NCBI GenBank assembly: GCA_963704725.1
Contig: OY969934.1
Coordinates: 3,386,993 to 3,450,992 of the forward strand
DNA: 64,000 nucleotides
From: an uncultured Actinomycetes bacterium
GTDB lineage: Bacteria; Actinomycetota; UBA4738; HRBIN12
Reading direction: 5' to 3'
In this document: piece by piece, positions 36,712 through 46,492 of the stretch
Numbering within the stretch: the first letter of the stretch is position 1
Layout: each line of letters begins with the position of its first letter
Notes under the pieces: model-generated
The model's database searches: none
Told to the model about the DNA's origin: nothing
The model's input: the letters and a program-made list of their open reading frames with translations, nothing else
Position numbers and translations under genes: made by a program

Positions 36712-38364
36712 CTACGGCCCTCGTCCGAGCAGCCGCCGGCCGAGCCCGAGCACGGCCCGCCGCTCGCCCGGGCGCAGGCCCACGAGCACGAGCCCGATGC
36801 CGTAGACGACCGAGCCGGCCAGGATCGAGCCGCCCAGGTCGATCAGCCACTTCGGGCCGTTCAGCACCTGGTGCGCCGCCCACATCACGACGCCGCCGGC
36901 GATCGCCGGGGGGATCAGCCGCAGGAACCACTTGTCGAACGGCCAGATGTCGACGAACCGCTTCACCAGCATCAGCCGGGCGAACGCCGACACGGTCAGC
37001 GTCACGGCCTCGGCGATCGCCGCCCCGCGCATCCCGAGCCTCGGCACGAGAGCGACCGCGATGCCCACCGCGGTGACCAGCGACCCCAGGTACACGAGCA
37101 GGTCCCACCCCGTGCGGCCGACCATGATGAGGATGAACCCAACGGTTCCCACGATCACCGGCACGATCAGCCCGACGATCAGGATCAGCAGCGCGGAGCG
37201 CCCCGAGACGAACTCGTTGCCGTACACGCGCATGATCGTTCCGGGCAGGATGGCCAGCGCGAGCAGGATGGGGAGCGTGATGGCGAGCCCCCACCGGGTC
37301 ACGTTCTTGTAGAGGGCGTCGAGCTTGTCCCGCTCGCCGCGGTGGTGGAGGTCGGCCACGAACGGGCTGAAGACGAGCGAGAGCGACGTCAGGAACAGCA
37401 GGAGCGACTGGCCCGTTCGAACGGTCGCCCCGTAGACGCCGACCTGGCCGGGCCGGATCGCCGCCAGCACGAACGTGTCGATCCAGAACAGGAGCTGGGA
37501 GAAGAGCGTGGCCGGGGCCCGGAGCAGGCCGAACGTGAGCAGGGCGCGCGTCCCCTCCTCGGGGATCCCGCCGCGCTCGGTGCGGCCCTGGAAGCCGCGC
37601 GTCTCGCGCTCCCACGCCCACCACGCCGCGACGCACGCGATGATCCACGACAGCGTGTAGGCGAACGAGCTCCACGCGGCGGTCTTGGCGACCAGGACCC
37701 ACCCGGCGATCGCGATGACGATCCACCCGACCGGCTGGCCGACCCAGAAGATGTAGAGCGTGTGCCGCATGATCTTCAGGCCCCGGGTCCCGCCGAGGTA
37801 CGCCCACGTCACCGCGGCGAACGGGACGGCCAGGGCCGCGGCCCAGAACGACCGCACCCCCTCCGTGTGCAGCCCCGGCTCGACGAACGTGCTCGCCAGC
37901 CACGACGCCAGGACGAACACGACCAGTCCGACGGCGAGGGAGACCACCGTCGCGATGACGGCCGACTTGCGCACAAGCGCCCGGACGCGCCCGGCCTCCC
38001 CTCGACCCATCAGGATCGCGACCAGGCGGACGTTCGCGACGTCCATGCCGAACCGCGTGGCGGTGCTCGCGATGAAGGCGAACTGCGTGGTCAACGTCAC
38101 GACGCCGAAGAGCGCGCTGCCGAGCGTCCGCGTCATGATGATCTGCGTCGCGAACGTGGCCAGCACGCCGGCGGCGAGCCCGATGACGTTCTGGCCCGCC
38201 CCGCCGAGGATGTCCCGCTGGTCGGCGAACTGCCCCCGCGGCATGACCGACTCGATGGCCGAGCGGAACCGGCCCGCGATCCCCCGTCCGTTCCCGCTCA
38301 CACCGTGGCCGGGGCCGCCCGAGGGCGGCGGGCCGGTCGGCTCGGTGAGGGTGGGGTCGTCCAC
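36712..38364 (-). CDS. MOP-superfamily oligosaccharide flippase (Wzx-like)
   Basis: About 14 TM helices; TRTLGSALFG, IDTFVL...VGVYGAT, P.LGMRGAAIA. Confidence 0.88.
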   Translation of the reverse strand: MDDPTLTEPTGPPPSGGPGHGVSGNGRGIAGRFRSAIESVMPRGQFADQRDILGGAGQNVIGLAAGVLATFATQIIMTRTLGSALFGVVTLTTQFAFIASTATRFGMDVANVRLVAILMGRGEAGRVRALVRKSAVIATVVSLAVGLVVFVLASWLASTFVEPGLHTEGVRSFWAAALAVPFAAVTWAYLGGTRGLKIMRHTLYIFWVGQPVGWIVIAIAGWVLVAKTAAWSSFAYTLSWIIACVAAWWAWERETRGFQGRTERGGIPEEGTRALLTFGLLRAPATLFSQLLFWIDTFVLAAIRPGQVGVYGATVRTGQSLLLFLTSLSLVFSPFVADLHHRGERDKLDALYKNVTRWGLAITLPILLALAILPGTIMRVYGNEFVSGRSALLILIVGLIVPVIVGTVGFILIMVGRTGWDLLVYLGSLVTAVGIAVALVPRLGMRGAAIAEAVTLTVSAFARLMLVKRFVDIWPFDKWFLRLIPPAIAGGVVMWAAHQVLNGPKWLIDLGGSILAGSVVYGIGLVLVGLRPGERRAVLGLGRRLLGRGP

Positions 38365-38453
38365 GACGGCCGTCAGTATCCACGACGGCGCGCTCCGCGA
38401 GCCCCCGCACCTCGGCCTATCCTGCCCACCACTCGAGCGCAGGAGGACGGACG

Positions 38454-38822
38454 ATGCCGGACGACGAGCGGTACCAGCGCGGGCGCGAGAAGCTCATCGA
38501 GGTGCACGGCGAGCGGTCGCTCGCGACGGTGGAATCGCTCGGCGACCTGGGCCGGCTGATCGTGGAGGTGGCGTACGGCGACGTGTACTCGCGCCCGGGC
38601 CTCGCGCTCCGGGAGCGACAGATCGCCACCGTGGCGGCGCTCGTCGCGACCGGCCGGTCGTCACAGCTCCCCGTGCACCTGCGATCGTCGCTGAAGGCGG
38701 GCCTGACCGCGGACGAGCTGCGGGAGGTGATCATCCAGACCGCGACGATCGCGGGCTTCCCGCCAGCCATGAACGCGATGTCGACGCTGAAGACGATCGT
38801 CGGCGAGGCCGGAGAGGTGTGA
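38454..38822 (+). CDS. Carboxymuconolactone decarboxylase family protein
   Basis: AYGDVYSRPGLALRERQIATVAAL, QLPVHL, GLT.DELREVI, GFP.AMNA. Confidence 0.9.
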   Translation: MPDDERYQRGREKLIEVHGERSLATVESLGDLGRLIVEVAYGDVYSRPGLALRERQIATVAALVATGRSSQLPVHLRSSLKAGLTADELREVIIQTATIAGFPPAMNAMSTLKTIVGEAGEV

Positions 38823-38908
38823 CCCCGCACGGGTGGACGCGGGCGCGGGAGGCGTGGGTAGGCTGGGCTCTCCCACGGTTCCCGGTGGCCCGGCGAGGAG
38901 GCGGCGGC

Positions 38909-39916
38909 ATGACGGACGCGATCACGGCCCGAGGCTTGGTGAAGACCTATCCCGGCGACGTCCGGGCCCTGGAGGGCATCAGCTTCGGGGTCGAGCAGGG
39001 CACCGTCTTCGGGATGCTCGGGCCCAACGGCGCGGGCAAGTCGACCACCGTGAAGATCCTGACCACGCTGTCGCGGCCCACCGAGGGCGAGGCGACCGTG
39101 GCCGGGTTCGACGTGCTGCGCGAGGCCGATCGCGTGCGGCGCTCGATCGGCGTCGTCGGGCAGCGTTCGGGCGTGGATCGCGAAGCGACGGCCCGCGAGA
39201 ACCTGCGGCTGCAGGGACAGCTCTTCGGGATGGGGGGACGGGCCCTCGAGTCCCGCGTCGCGGAGCTGCTCGAGCGGTTCGGCATCGCCGAGGCCGCCGA
39301 TCGCATCGTCAAGACGTTCTCCGGCGGCATGCAGCGGCGCCTCGACATCGCCCTCGGTCTCGTGCACGAGCCGCTGGTGCTGTTCCTGGACGAGCCGACG
39401 ACCGGTCTCGACCCCGAGGTCCGGGCCGGCATGTGGCGGGAGATCACCCGCCTCGCCTCCGAGCAGGGCCTCACGATCTTCCTGACCACCCACTACCTGG
39501 AGGAGGCCGACGAGCTCGCGCAGCGACTGGTGATCGTGGACCGCGGCCGCATCGTGGCGGAGGGGACGGCCGACGAGCTCAAAGGCGAGCTGAAGGGCGA
39601 CGCGATCCACGTCGAGCTCCACGACCCGGAGGCCGACGGGCGAGTGCAGGCGGCGCTCGGGTCCCTCGTGGAGGTGCACGACATCACGGTCGAGGGCCGA
39701 ACGCTCCGCGCCCGATCGGACGACGGCGCGAGGGCCGTCCCCGTCGTGCTCGCGGCGCTCGAGGCGAACGGCGTGCCCGTCTCGAGCGTGACGGTTTCGC
39801 GTCCCTCCCTCGACGACGTGTACCTGCGGCACACGGGCCGCAGCTTCACCGACGCGGAGTCGCAGGCCGCGGCGGAGGAGCAGGAACGGAAGAAGCGTCA
39901 GGAGGTTCGCCGATGA
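38909..39916 (+). CDS. ABC exporter ATP-binding subunit (DrrA-like)
   Basis: GPNGAGKST, FSGGMQRRL, LFLDEPTTGLDP, TTHYLEEAD, PSLDDVYL; SD GAGGAGG. Confidence 0.95.
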   Translation: MTDAITARGLVKTYPGDVRALEGISFGVEQGTVFGMLGPNGAGKSTTVKILTTLSRPTEGEATVAGFDVLREADRVRRSIGVVGQRSGVDREATARENLRLQGQLFGMGGRALESRVAELLERFGIAEAADRIVKTFSGGMQRRLDIALGLVHEPLVLFLDEPTTGLDPEVRAGMWREITRLASEQGLTIFLTTHYLEEADELAQRLVIVDRGRIVAEGTADELKGELKGDAIHVELHDPEADGRVQAALGSLVEVHDITVEGRTLRARSDDGARAVPVVLAALEANGVPVSSVTVSRPSLDDVYLRHTGRSFTDAESQAAAEEQERKKRQEVRR

Positions 39917-40686
39917 CGACCGTGCTCCGCCACACGTGGTACATGACGCAGCGCCAGCTCCGGATGCTGTTCCGCCAGCCCGTGTGGATCGCGCTCACGT
40001 TGATCCAGCCGATCATCTGGATCCTGCTGTACGGGCAGGCGTTCAAGAACCTGCCCCAGCTCGGGGGCTTCCGAACCTCGGACTATCTGACGTACCTGAC
40101 CCCGGGGATCGTCATCATGACCGCGCTGTTCTCCGGCGGATGGAACGGCTTCGGGGTCATCGAGGACATCAACCGCGGGGTGATGGACCGCTTCCTGGTG
40201 ACCCCGGTCAGCCGCGGGGCCATCATCGTCGGCCGGCTGCTCCAGCTCGGGATCATCGCCGTGATCCAGTCGATCATCCTCCTCGTGATCGGCGCCGTCA
40301 GCGGCGCGGACTACTCGACCGTGCTCGGGCTCATCATCCTCATCGTCGCCGGGATGCTGCTCGGCGCGACGTTCGGCGGGCTCTCCAACGCGCTGGCCGT
40401 CATCGTCCGCAGGGAGGAGACGGTCATCGCCGCCGTGAACTTCGTCATCCTGCCGCTGACGTTCCTGTCGACGGTGTTCCTGCCGAGCGACCAGCTCTCC
40501 GGATGGATCCGCGCCTTCGCCCGGCTGAACCCGGTGAACTGGGCCGTGGAGGCGGGGCGCGGCGCCGTGTTCCCGAGCCCCGACTGGGGACTCATCGTGA
40601 TCCGCATGGGTCTGCTCGTGCTCCTCGCATTGGCCTGCACGCTCCTGGCCACGCGCGCGTTCCGCGCGTACCAGCGCTCGGTCTGA
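39913..40686 (+). CDS. ABC-2 type permease (DrrB-like)
   Basis: MTTVLRHTWY..., YLTPGI, G.MDRFLVTPVSR, NPVNWAV; 6 TM helices; ATGA overlap. Confidence 0.93.
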   Translation: MTTVLRHTWYMTQRQLRMLFRQPVWIALTLIQPIIWILLYGQAFKNLPQLGGFRTSDYLTYLTPGIVIMTALFSGGWNGFGVIEDINRGVMDRFLVTPVSRGAIIVGRLLQLGIIAVIQSIILLVIGAVSGADYSTVLGLIILIVAGMLLGATFGGLSNALAVIVRREETVIAAVNFVILPLTFLSTVFLPSDQLSGWIRAFARLNPVNWAVEAGRGAVFPSPDWGLIVIRMGLLVLLALACTLLATRAFRAYQRSV

Positions 40687-40694
40687 GACGCGCC

Positions 40695-42344
40695 TCAGTC
40701 GAGGGCTGAGTACGGCAGGTCGCCGATGGCGGCGGGGACCGGCAGGCCGAGCTCGCGCAGGACCTCGATCGCCGCGCGCTGGCCGCTCTCCACGCCGCCG
40801 TTCAGGTAGCCCTGGCTGTAGGTCGAGGTGTGCTCGCCGGCGAAGTGCACGCGCCCCTCGGCCCGGCCGGTGTAGCCCCACAGGCGCGTGTACTGGCCCG
40901 GGAGGAAGGCGGCGTACGCCCCGTTGGTCCACGGGTCCCGGGTCCACAGGTCGAGCCACGCGTTCCCGTTGAACGCCGCCGCCGTGCCCGGGACCACGTC
41001 GTCGACGTAGCCGACGTACTCCGACGCGAACGCGGCCGGCGCAGCGGCGTGCGGCTCGGCTGCGGACCAGCTCGCCCCGGTCCGGCCGCCGGCGTACACC
41101 GTGATCAGCCCCGACGTACCCGGCTGGCCGGCCGAGCTCTCCCACGTCTCGAAGTGCGGCGCGGTGTGCTCCATCCCCCCGCTCCACGCCCGCCCGGCCA
41201 CCTCGAAGACCGTCGGTCGCCGCTCGTACTGCACGAGGAGCTTCACGTCCAGGCCCATCCCCAGACCCCGGATCGCCGCCAGCCGCTGGTCGGAGAACCC
41301 CGCGCCCTCCAGGTCGGTCAGCCGCAGCGTGGTGAACGGCAGGGCCAGGACCACGAGGTCCGCGACGACCGGCGAGGCGACGCCGCCGAAGCGGAGCTCG
41401 AGGACCCCGTCGCTCCGGGCACGCATCGCCTCGAGCGGCGCCTGCAGACGCAGGGAGCCCTCGGGGAGACGATCGGCGAGGCCGGCCGTCACCAGGTCGT
41501 TGCCGCCGTGGATCCGCCATCGTTCGTCGGCCTTCGGCCACGGCAGCACGAAGTAGTCGATCCACGTGCACGCCGAGAGCTGGTCCATCTCGAGCCCGTA
41601 CCAGGCGGACATCGACTCGTCGAGGTAGCCGCCGAGCGGCGTCCCGAGCACGCCGGGAACGCGCTCGTCGAGCCACTCGGCCATCGAGCGCGCGTCGAGC
41701 TCGACGGCGGCCGGTGTGGCCGTGCCGTACGAGATCGCGGCGATCGAGGGCGGCCGACCCCCGGCGATCACGCCGATCCGCCGCGCCTCGCGCTCGACGG
41801 CCGACTCGATCGGCTCCAGCTGCTCCCGCACGTCCTTGCCGAGCACCACCTCGTCGTCGATCCAGTTGGGCCACACCGACCCCGGCGTCCACGCATGCCA
41901 CAGGTCGTCGAGCTCGAGGCCGAGCTCGTCGGCAAGGCCGAGCAGGTGCACGTGGCGCGTGTCGATGAACTCGCCGCCGTGCTCGGCCGTCTGGCCATCG
42001 GCGAAGCCTCGCGCCGTCCAGCACCGTCCGCCGACGCGGTCGCGTGACTCGAACAGCCGAACCGAAACGCCGGCCTGCGAGAGGCGAAAGGCGGCCGTGA
42101 GCCCGGCGAGACCGGCGCCCACGACGACCACTCGCGGGTCGTGCGGCGTCGGGCGCGCCGGCGGCGCTGGGCGGTCGCGCGTCGAGGGGGTGCATCCGGC
42201 CAGAGCGATCCCGGCGCCGAGGACCCCGCCCATGCGGAGCACCTCGCGCCGCGTCCACGTCGGCGGCTCGGGGCGCGCTACGATCCGCGCCAGCGCGTGC
42301 TCGCGCATCGCTCGCGCCAGCCGCGGACGGCGACCCGCCTGCAT
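40695..42344 (-). CDS. Flavin monoamine oxidase family protein, predicted Tat lipoprotein
   Basis: TRREVL + LAGC lipobox; VVGAGLAGL, ESRDRVGGR, EHGGEFI, HFAGEHTS..QGYLNGGVESG. Leaderless TAGGCT-N6-ATG. Confidence 0.92.
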   Translation of the reverse strand: MQAGRRPRLARAMREHALARIVARPEPPTWTRREVLRMGGVLGAGIALAGCTPSTRDRPAPPARPTPHDPRVVVVGAGLAGLTAAFRLSQAGVSVRLFESRDRVGGRCWTARGFADGQTAEHGGEFIDTRHVHLLGLADELGLELDDLWHAWTPGSVWPNWIDDEVVLGKDVREQLEPIESAVEREARRIGVIAGGRPPSIAAISYGTATPAAVELDARSMAEWLDERVPGVLGTPLGGYLDESMSAWYGLEMDQLSACTWIDYFVLPWPKADERWRIHGGNDLVTAGLADRLPEGSLRLQAPLEAMRARSDGVLELRFGGVASPVVADLVVLALPFTTLRLTDLEGAGFSDQRLAAIRGLGMGLDVKLLVQYERRPTVFEVAGRAWSGGMEHTAPHFETWESSAGQPGTSGLITVYAGGRTGASWSAAEPHAAAPAAFASEYVGYVDDVVPGTAAAFNGNAWLDLWTRDPWTNGAYAAFLPGQYTRLWGYTGRAEGRVHFAGEHTSTYSQGYLNGGVESGQRAAIEVLRELGLPVPAAIGDLPYSALD

Positions 42345-42443
42345 CCGCGCAGCCTACCCCGGCCGGTCCTCTTGACCGGGCGAGGGCGATCGTCGGAGGC
42401 TGTGCAGAGGAGACTCGCCCGGGGTCTCCAGGAGGTGAGGTCC

Positions 42444-43010
42444 GTGGCCAAGATCCTGATCCTCGCCGGAGACGCCGCCGAATCGCTCGAGGTGCTCTAC
42501 CCCTACCAGCGGTTGCGGGAGGAGGGCTACGAGGTCGACATCGCCGGGCCCACGCGGAAGAAGCTGCAGTTCGTGGTCCACGACTTCGTCGACGGCTACG
42601 ACACGTACACGGAGAAGCCCGGGTACAGCTGGCCGGCCGACCTGGCGTTCGCCGAGGTGGATCCGAGCCAGTACGTCGCGCTCGTCGTTCCCGGCGGCCG
42701 GGCGCCCGAGTACATCCGCAACGACCCGGACTGCCGCCGGATCATCCAGCACTTCTTCGGCGAGGACAAGCCCGTCGCGCAGCTCTGCCACGCGCCGCTC
42801 GCGCTGGCGGCGGCCGGCGTGCTGCAGGGCCGAAGGACCGCGGCGTACCCGGCGCTGGAGCCCGACGTCCGGGCCGCGGGCGCCGAGTTCGTCGACGCCG
42901 AGGCCGTCGTCGACGGCGTGATGGTGTCCGCCCGCGCCTGGCCCGACCACCCGGCGTGGATGCGCGAGTTCATGGACATCCTGCGCGCGAAGGCGCCGGC
43001 ATCCGCGTGA
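42444..43010 (+). CDS. DJ-1/PfpI family protein
   Basis: AESLEV, VPGGRAPEY, LCHAP nucleophile, SARAWPDHP; SD GGAGG. Confidence 0.93.
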   Translation: MAKILILAGDAAESLEVLYPYQRLREEGYEVDIAGPTRKKLQFVVHDFVDGYDTYTEKPGYSWPADLAFAEVDPSQYVALVVPGGRAPEYIRNDPDCRRIIQHFFGEDKPVAQLCHAPLALAAAGVLQGRRTAAYPALEPDVRAAGAEFVDAEAVVDGVMVSARAWPDHPAWMREFMDILRAKAPASA

Positions 43011-43023
43011 TGCGCGAGGAGGC

Positions 43024-43551
43024 GTGACCGACCCCCGCGAGGTGCTGCGGCTCGATCCGATCGCCGACGTCCCCGAGGTCGGCCGGTGGCTCTCGGCGAT
43101 GGAGGACGCCCGCCGTGACACGCTGAAGGAGCTCGACGGCGTGCCGGACGACGCGCTCGACTGGGCGCCGAACGAGCGCACCAACACGATGGGCACGCTG
43201 CTCTACCACATCGCGCTCGTCGAGGACGACTGGCTCTTCGTCGACATCTTCGGCCAGACCGAGCATCGCGAGCAGCGCCGCGACCTCCTGCCGTTCGACG
43301 ATCGCGTCGAGGGCGATCGGCTCACGCCGGTCACGGGCATGACCATGGACGAGCACCTCGACCGCCTCGCCGCGGTCCGGTCGATGCTCCTCGAACGCCT
43401 TCGGCCGATGTCCGTCGAGGAGTTCCATCGCCCTCGCCCCTCCGAGGGCTACGACGTCACGCCGGCGTGGGTGCTCCATCACCTGCTGCAGCACGAGGCG
43501 GAGCATCGGGCCCACATCGCCTGGGTCCGGGAGGAGTGGCGCCGGGGGTGA
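43024..43551 (+). CDS. DinB/YfiT family protein
   Basis: NTMGTLLYHIALVE..W and WVLHHLLQHEAEHRAHI His triad. Confidence 0.9.
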   Translation: MTDPREVLRLDPIADVPEVGRWLSAMEDARRDTLKELDGVPDDALDWAPNERTNTMGTLLYHIALVEDDWLFVDIFGQTEHREQRRDLLPFDDRVEGDRLTPVTGMTMDEHLDRLAAVRSMLLERLRPMSVEEFHRPRPSEGYDVTPAWVLHHLLQHEAEHRAHIAWVREEWRRG

Positions 43552-43556
43552 GCACG

Positions 43557-44028
43557 TCAGCGAACGCGGGGGACGAACTTCCAGCGGATCCTGCGCCGGT
43601 AGTCCTCGTACCCGCGCGTACCGCTCGGCGAGCCACGTCTCCTCGCGCCGGGACTTCAGGTCCAGGTACACGCCGAGGACGAGCGTGGCTCCCAGCGCGA
43701 GGGGTCTCGTGACGAGGGACCAGCCGGCGCCGATCAGGAGGGCGCCGCCGTACATCGGATGGCGCACGATCGCGTACACCCCGTGCTGTCGCAGGTCGGC
43801 GTTCTGCTTCGGGCGCGGGAACGGCGTCAGCGACGGACCGAGGAACGCGCCCCCGGCGACCAGCATCGCGGCGCCGAGCACGGCGAGCGCCGCCCCGGCC
43901 AGGTCGAACGCGTCCTCGACGCCCGACGGCCACCCCGGCCCGGCGAGCCCGAGCCCGACGACGACCGCGCCGAACGCCAGCTGCCCGGCGACCCATCCCC
44001 CACCGCGACCTTCCGAACGCGATCCCAC
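43557..44028 (-). pseudogene. ICMT/PEMT-like membrane methyltransferase with a +1 frameshift near the 3' end
   Basis: LTPFPRP, GVYAIVRHPMY, K.RREE.WL; the expected tail GYEDYRRRIRWKFVPRVR* lies in another frame after an extra base at ~43614. Confidence 0.8.
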
Positions 44029-44068
44029 GCCTGCGTCCCCATCTGCCCGATCGCGGTACGACCCGAGG

Positions 44069-45469
44069 CTACAACCGCACGCCCCCGCCGACCGATCCGC
44101 GTTCGGCCGGGATCGTGATCGTGACGACCGCGCCGCCGCCCGACGCGTTGTCGGCGTGGACGGTCCCTCCGTGCCCCTCGGCCACGGCCCTGACGATGGC
44201 GAGGCCGAGTCCGGCGCCGCCGTCGGCTCGGCTCCGTCCGCCGTCGGGGCGCGCGAACGCCTCGAACACGCCCGGCACCGACCCGGCGGGGAACCCCTCC
44301 CCCGTGTCGCGCACCGCGAGTCGGACCTCGCCGTCGCGCCGGCTCACGTCGACCGACACGAGCCCCCCGCGCGGCGTGTGGCGGATGGCGTTGTCGAGGA
44401 GGTTGGCCAGGGCCTGCCGCATCCGGGCCTCGTCGAGGTCGGCGACCAGGGGCCCGGACCCGGTCAGCTCGAGCCGGACGCCGTGGTCCCGGGCGGTCGC
44501 CTCGAACGACTCGATCGCGGTCGACGCGAGCCGCGCGAGATCCAGGGGGCTCCGTCGCACCGGGAGGCGCCCCCGGTCGGCCCGGGCCAGCACCAGGAGG
44601 TCGTCGGCGAGGCGGGACAGGCGATCGGTCTCCTCGGAGGCGCTCCGGATCGCGGCCTCCAGCTCCCCGGCGGTTCGCGATCGCCGCAGCGCCAGGTCGA
44701 GCTCGGCCTTGAGGTTCGCGAGCGGCGTGCGGAGCTCGTGGCTCGCGTCGCCGACGAACCGCCGTTCGCGCTCGATCGCCTCCTCGAGCCGCGCGAGCAT
44801 CGCGTTCAGGGTCTGGCCGAGACGGGCGAGCTCGTCGTCCGAGTCGGTCACGGGCAGCCGCCGCCCGGGCTCCGACGCCGAGATGCGGGCGGCCTCGGCG
44901 CGCATCGACTCGACCGGGCGGAGCGCGGCCCCCACGATCAGCCACACCACGCCGACCACCAGCGCGAGCGCCGCGGGGCCCCCGACCGCCAGGAGCACGG
45001 CGAGCCGCTCGAGCGCCTCGTGCTGGTCGTCGAGCGAGGCGCCCACGACGAGGACGCGGTCGCCGTCGATCGGAACCGCGAGCAGCCGCGCTGGGATCTG
45101 CTCGCGCGCCGTCGTCCGCACGGTCGCCTCGAGGATGCGTGGCCGGCCAAGTCCGGTCGTCCGCAGCAGCGGGGAGCCCGTCAGCGCGGGCGAGGACGCG
45201 AGCACGTGCCCGTCCGCGGCCAGGACCTGGGCGAAGGCGTCGTCCGGCTCGACGAGCGCGCCGGCCGGTGCGTCGGCCGTGACGGCGGGACCGCCGGGCA
45301 GGGCGAGCAGCGCGTCGGCGCGGGCGCGAAGGCCGGTGTCGACGACCTGGAGCAGGTTCGACTCGAACCCCACGTAGACGAACGCGCCGGCGGCGACGAG
45401 GACGACCGCAACGAGCGCGGCCGAGACGAGCGTGAGCCTAGCTCGGATCCGCAGGCGCATCGTCCGCAT
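44069..45469 (-). CDS. HAMP-domain sensor histidine kinase
   Basis: 2 TM helices, HAMP (ALRPVESM..DDELARL), DASHELRTPL, NLLDNAIRH, GAGLGL. Confidence 0.93.
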   Translation of the reverse strand: MRTMRLRIRARLTLVSAALVAVVLVAAGAFVYVGFESNLLQVVDTGLRARADALLALPGGPAVTADAPAGALVEPDDAFAQVLAADGHVLASSPALTGSPLLRTTGLGRPRILEATVRTTAREQIPARLLAVPIDGDRVLVVGASLDDQHEALERLAVLLAVGGPAALALVVGVVWLIVGAALRPVESMRAEAARISASEPGRRLPVTDSDDELARLGQTLNAMLARLEEAIERERRFVGDASHELRTPLANLKAELDLALRRSRTAGELEAAIRSASEETDRLSRLADDLLVLARADRGRLPVRRSPLDLARLASTAIESFEATARDHGVRLELTGSGPLVADLDEARMRQALANLLDNAIRHTPRGGLVSVDVSRRDGEVRLAVRDTGEGFPAGSVPGVFEAFARPDGGRSRADGGAGLGLAIVRAVAEGHGGTVHADNASGGGAVVTITIPAERGSVGGGVRL

Positions 45470-46136
45470 CCGCTCGCAGCCGGTACCCCGACCCGCGGAC
45501 GGTCTCGATCGATGCCCGTCCGAACGGGCGGTCGATCTTGTTCCGCAGGTACCCGACGTAGACGTCCACGACGTTCGAGTCCCCGTCGTACGCGAAGTCC
45601 CACACGTGCTCGATGAGGGTGGTGCGGCCCAGCACCCGGCCCGGGTGGCGCATGAGGTACTCGAGCAGGGCGAACTCCTTCGCGGTGAGCGAGATGTCGG
45701 CGCCCCCTCGGGTCACCGTGTGTGCGGTGGGGTCCAGGATCAGGTCGCTCACGCGAAGCGCCGCGGGGCGCTCGACGGCGCCGCGCCGGATCAGGGCGCG
45801 CAGACGCGCCAGCAGCTCGACGAGGGAGAAGGGCTTGGTCAGGTAGTCGTCGGCGCCGGCGTCCAGCCCGGCCACGCGATCGGGCACCGAATCGAGGGCC
45901 GTGAGCATGAGCACCGGGCTCCACCGCCCCGTCTCGCGGAGCCGCCGGCAGACGTCGAACCCGTCGCCGTCGGGCAGCAGCACGTCCAAGACCATCGCGT
46001 CGTACGCATGCTCGGTCCCAAGCCACAGGGCGTCCTCCGCGCGCGAGGCGATGTCGACCGCGTACCCCTCCTCCTCGAGCGCGCGCCGCAGGAGGCCGGC
46101 CATCTTGACCTCGTCCTCGACGACGAGCACCCGCAT
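45438..46136 (-). CDS. OmpR/PhoB-family response regulator
   Basis: MRVLVVEDE, LDVLLPDGDG, GADDYLTKPF, SNVVDVYVGYLR.KID, ETVRGSGY; start at ATG 46136. Confidence 0.95.
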   Translation of the reverse strand: MRVLVVEDEVKMAGLLRRALEEEGYAVDIASRAEDALWLGTEHAYDAMVLDVLLPDGDGFDVCRRLRETGRWSPVLMLTALDSVPDRVAGLDAGADDYLTKPFSLVELLARLRALIRRGAVERPAALRVSDLILDPTAHTVTRGGADISLTAKEFALLEYLMRHPGRVLGRTTLIEHVWDFAYDGDSNVVDVYVGYLRNKIDRPFGRASIETVRGSGYRLRADADDAPADPS

Positions 46137-46156
46137 CCCCGGCCCTCCAGGATCGA

Positions 46157-46192
46157 AGCGTAGGCCGGGCACGATGAGACCGCGATGAGACC
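46157..46192 (-). promoter_or_regulatory. Putative autoregulatory OmpR-type direct repeat plus -10
   Basis: GGTCTCATC twice at an 11-bp period (46173-46181, 46184-46192), 10 bp upstream of TACGCT. Confidence 0.7.
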
Positions 46193-46492
46193 CGAGATCC
46201 TTGGCGCACGCTGAGCGCGCGCTTAACCGCCCGATGACGGGCCGGTCGCTACCTTCGGGAGCAGGATCCTGACCGCCGAGCTGGGCGAGCGGCACTGGCA
46301 GGCGAGAGCCCCGGCCCATCCGCATGGTGGCCCGATCGGCGGAAGAAGGAACACGGCGGACGAAAGAGCGGAGTGGAGCCCGCTGAGCCGGGCTCCACGA
46401 CCGCTGTCGCGGCGCGATCCCGGGCTCACCCCCTCCCCACCGGAGACCCGCGGCGCCGTGGGCGACCCCTCGAGGGCGCGTACCATCCCGCC

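Noticed and set aside
46373-46398. Perfect hairpin GTGGAGCCCG-CTGAGC-CGGGCTCCAC between divergent two-component systems
   Set aside because: Single hairpin with no clear gene to terminate and no recognisable RNA family.
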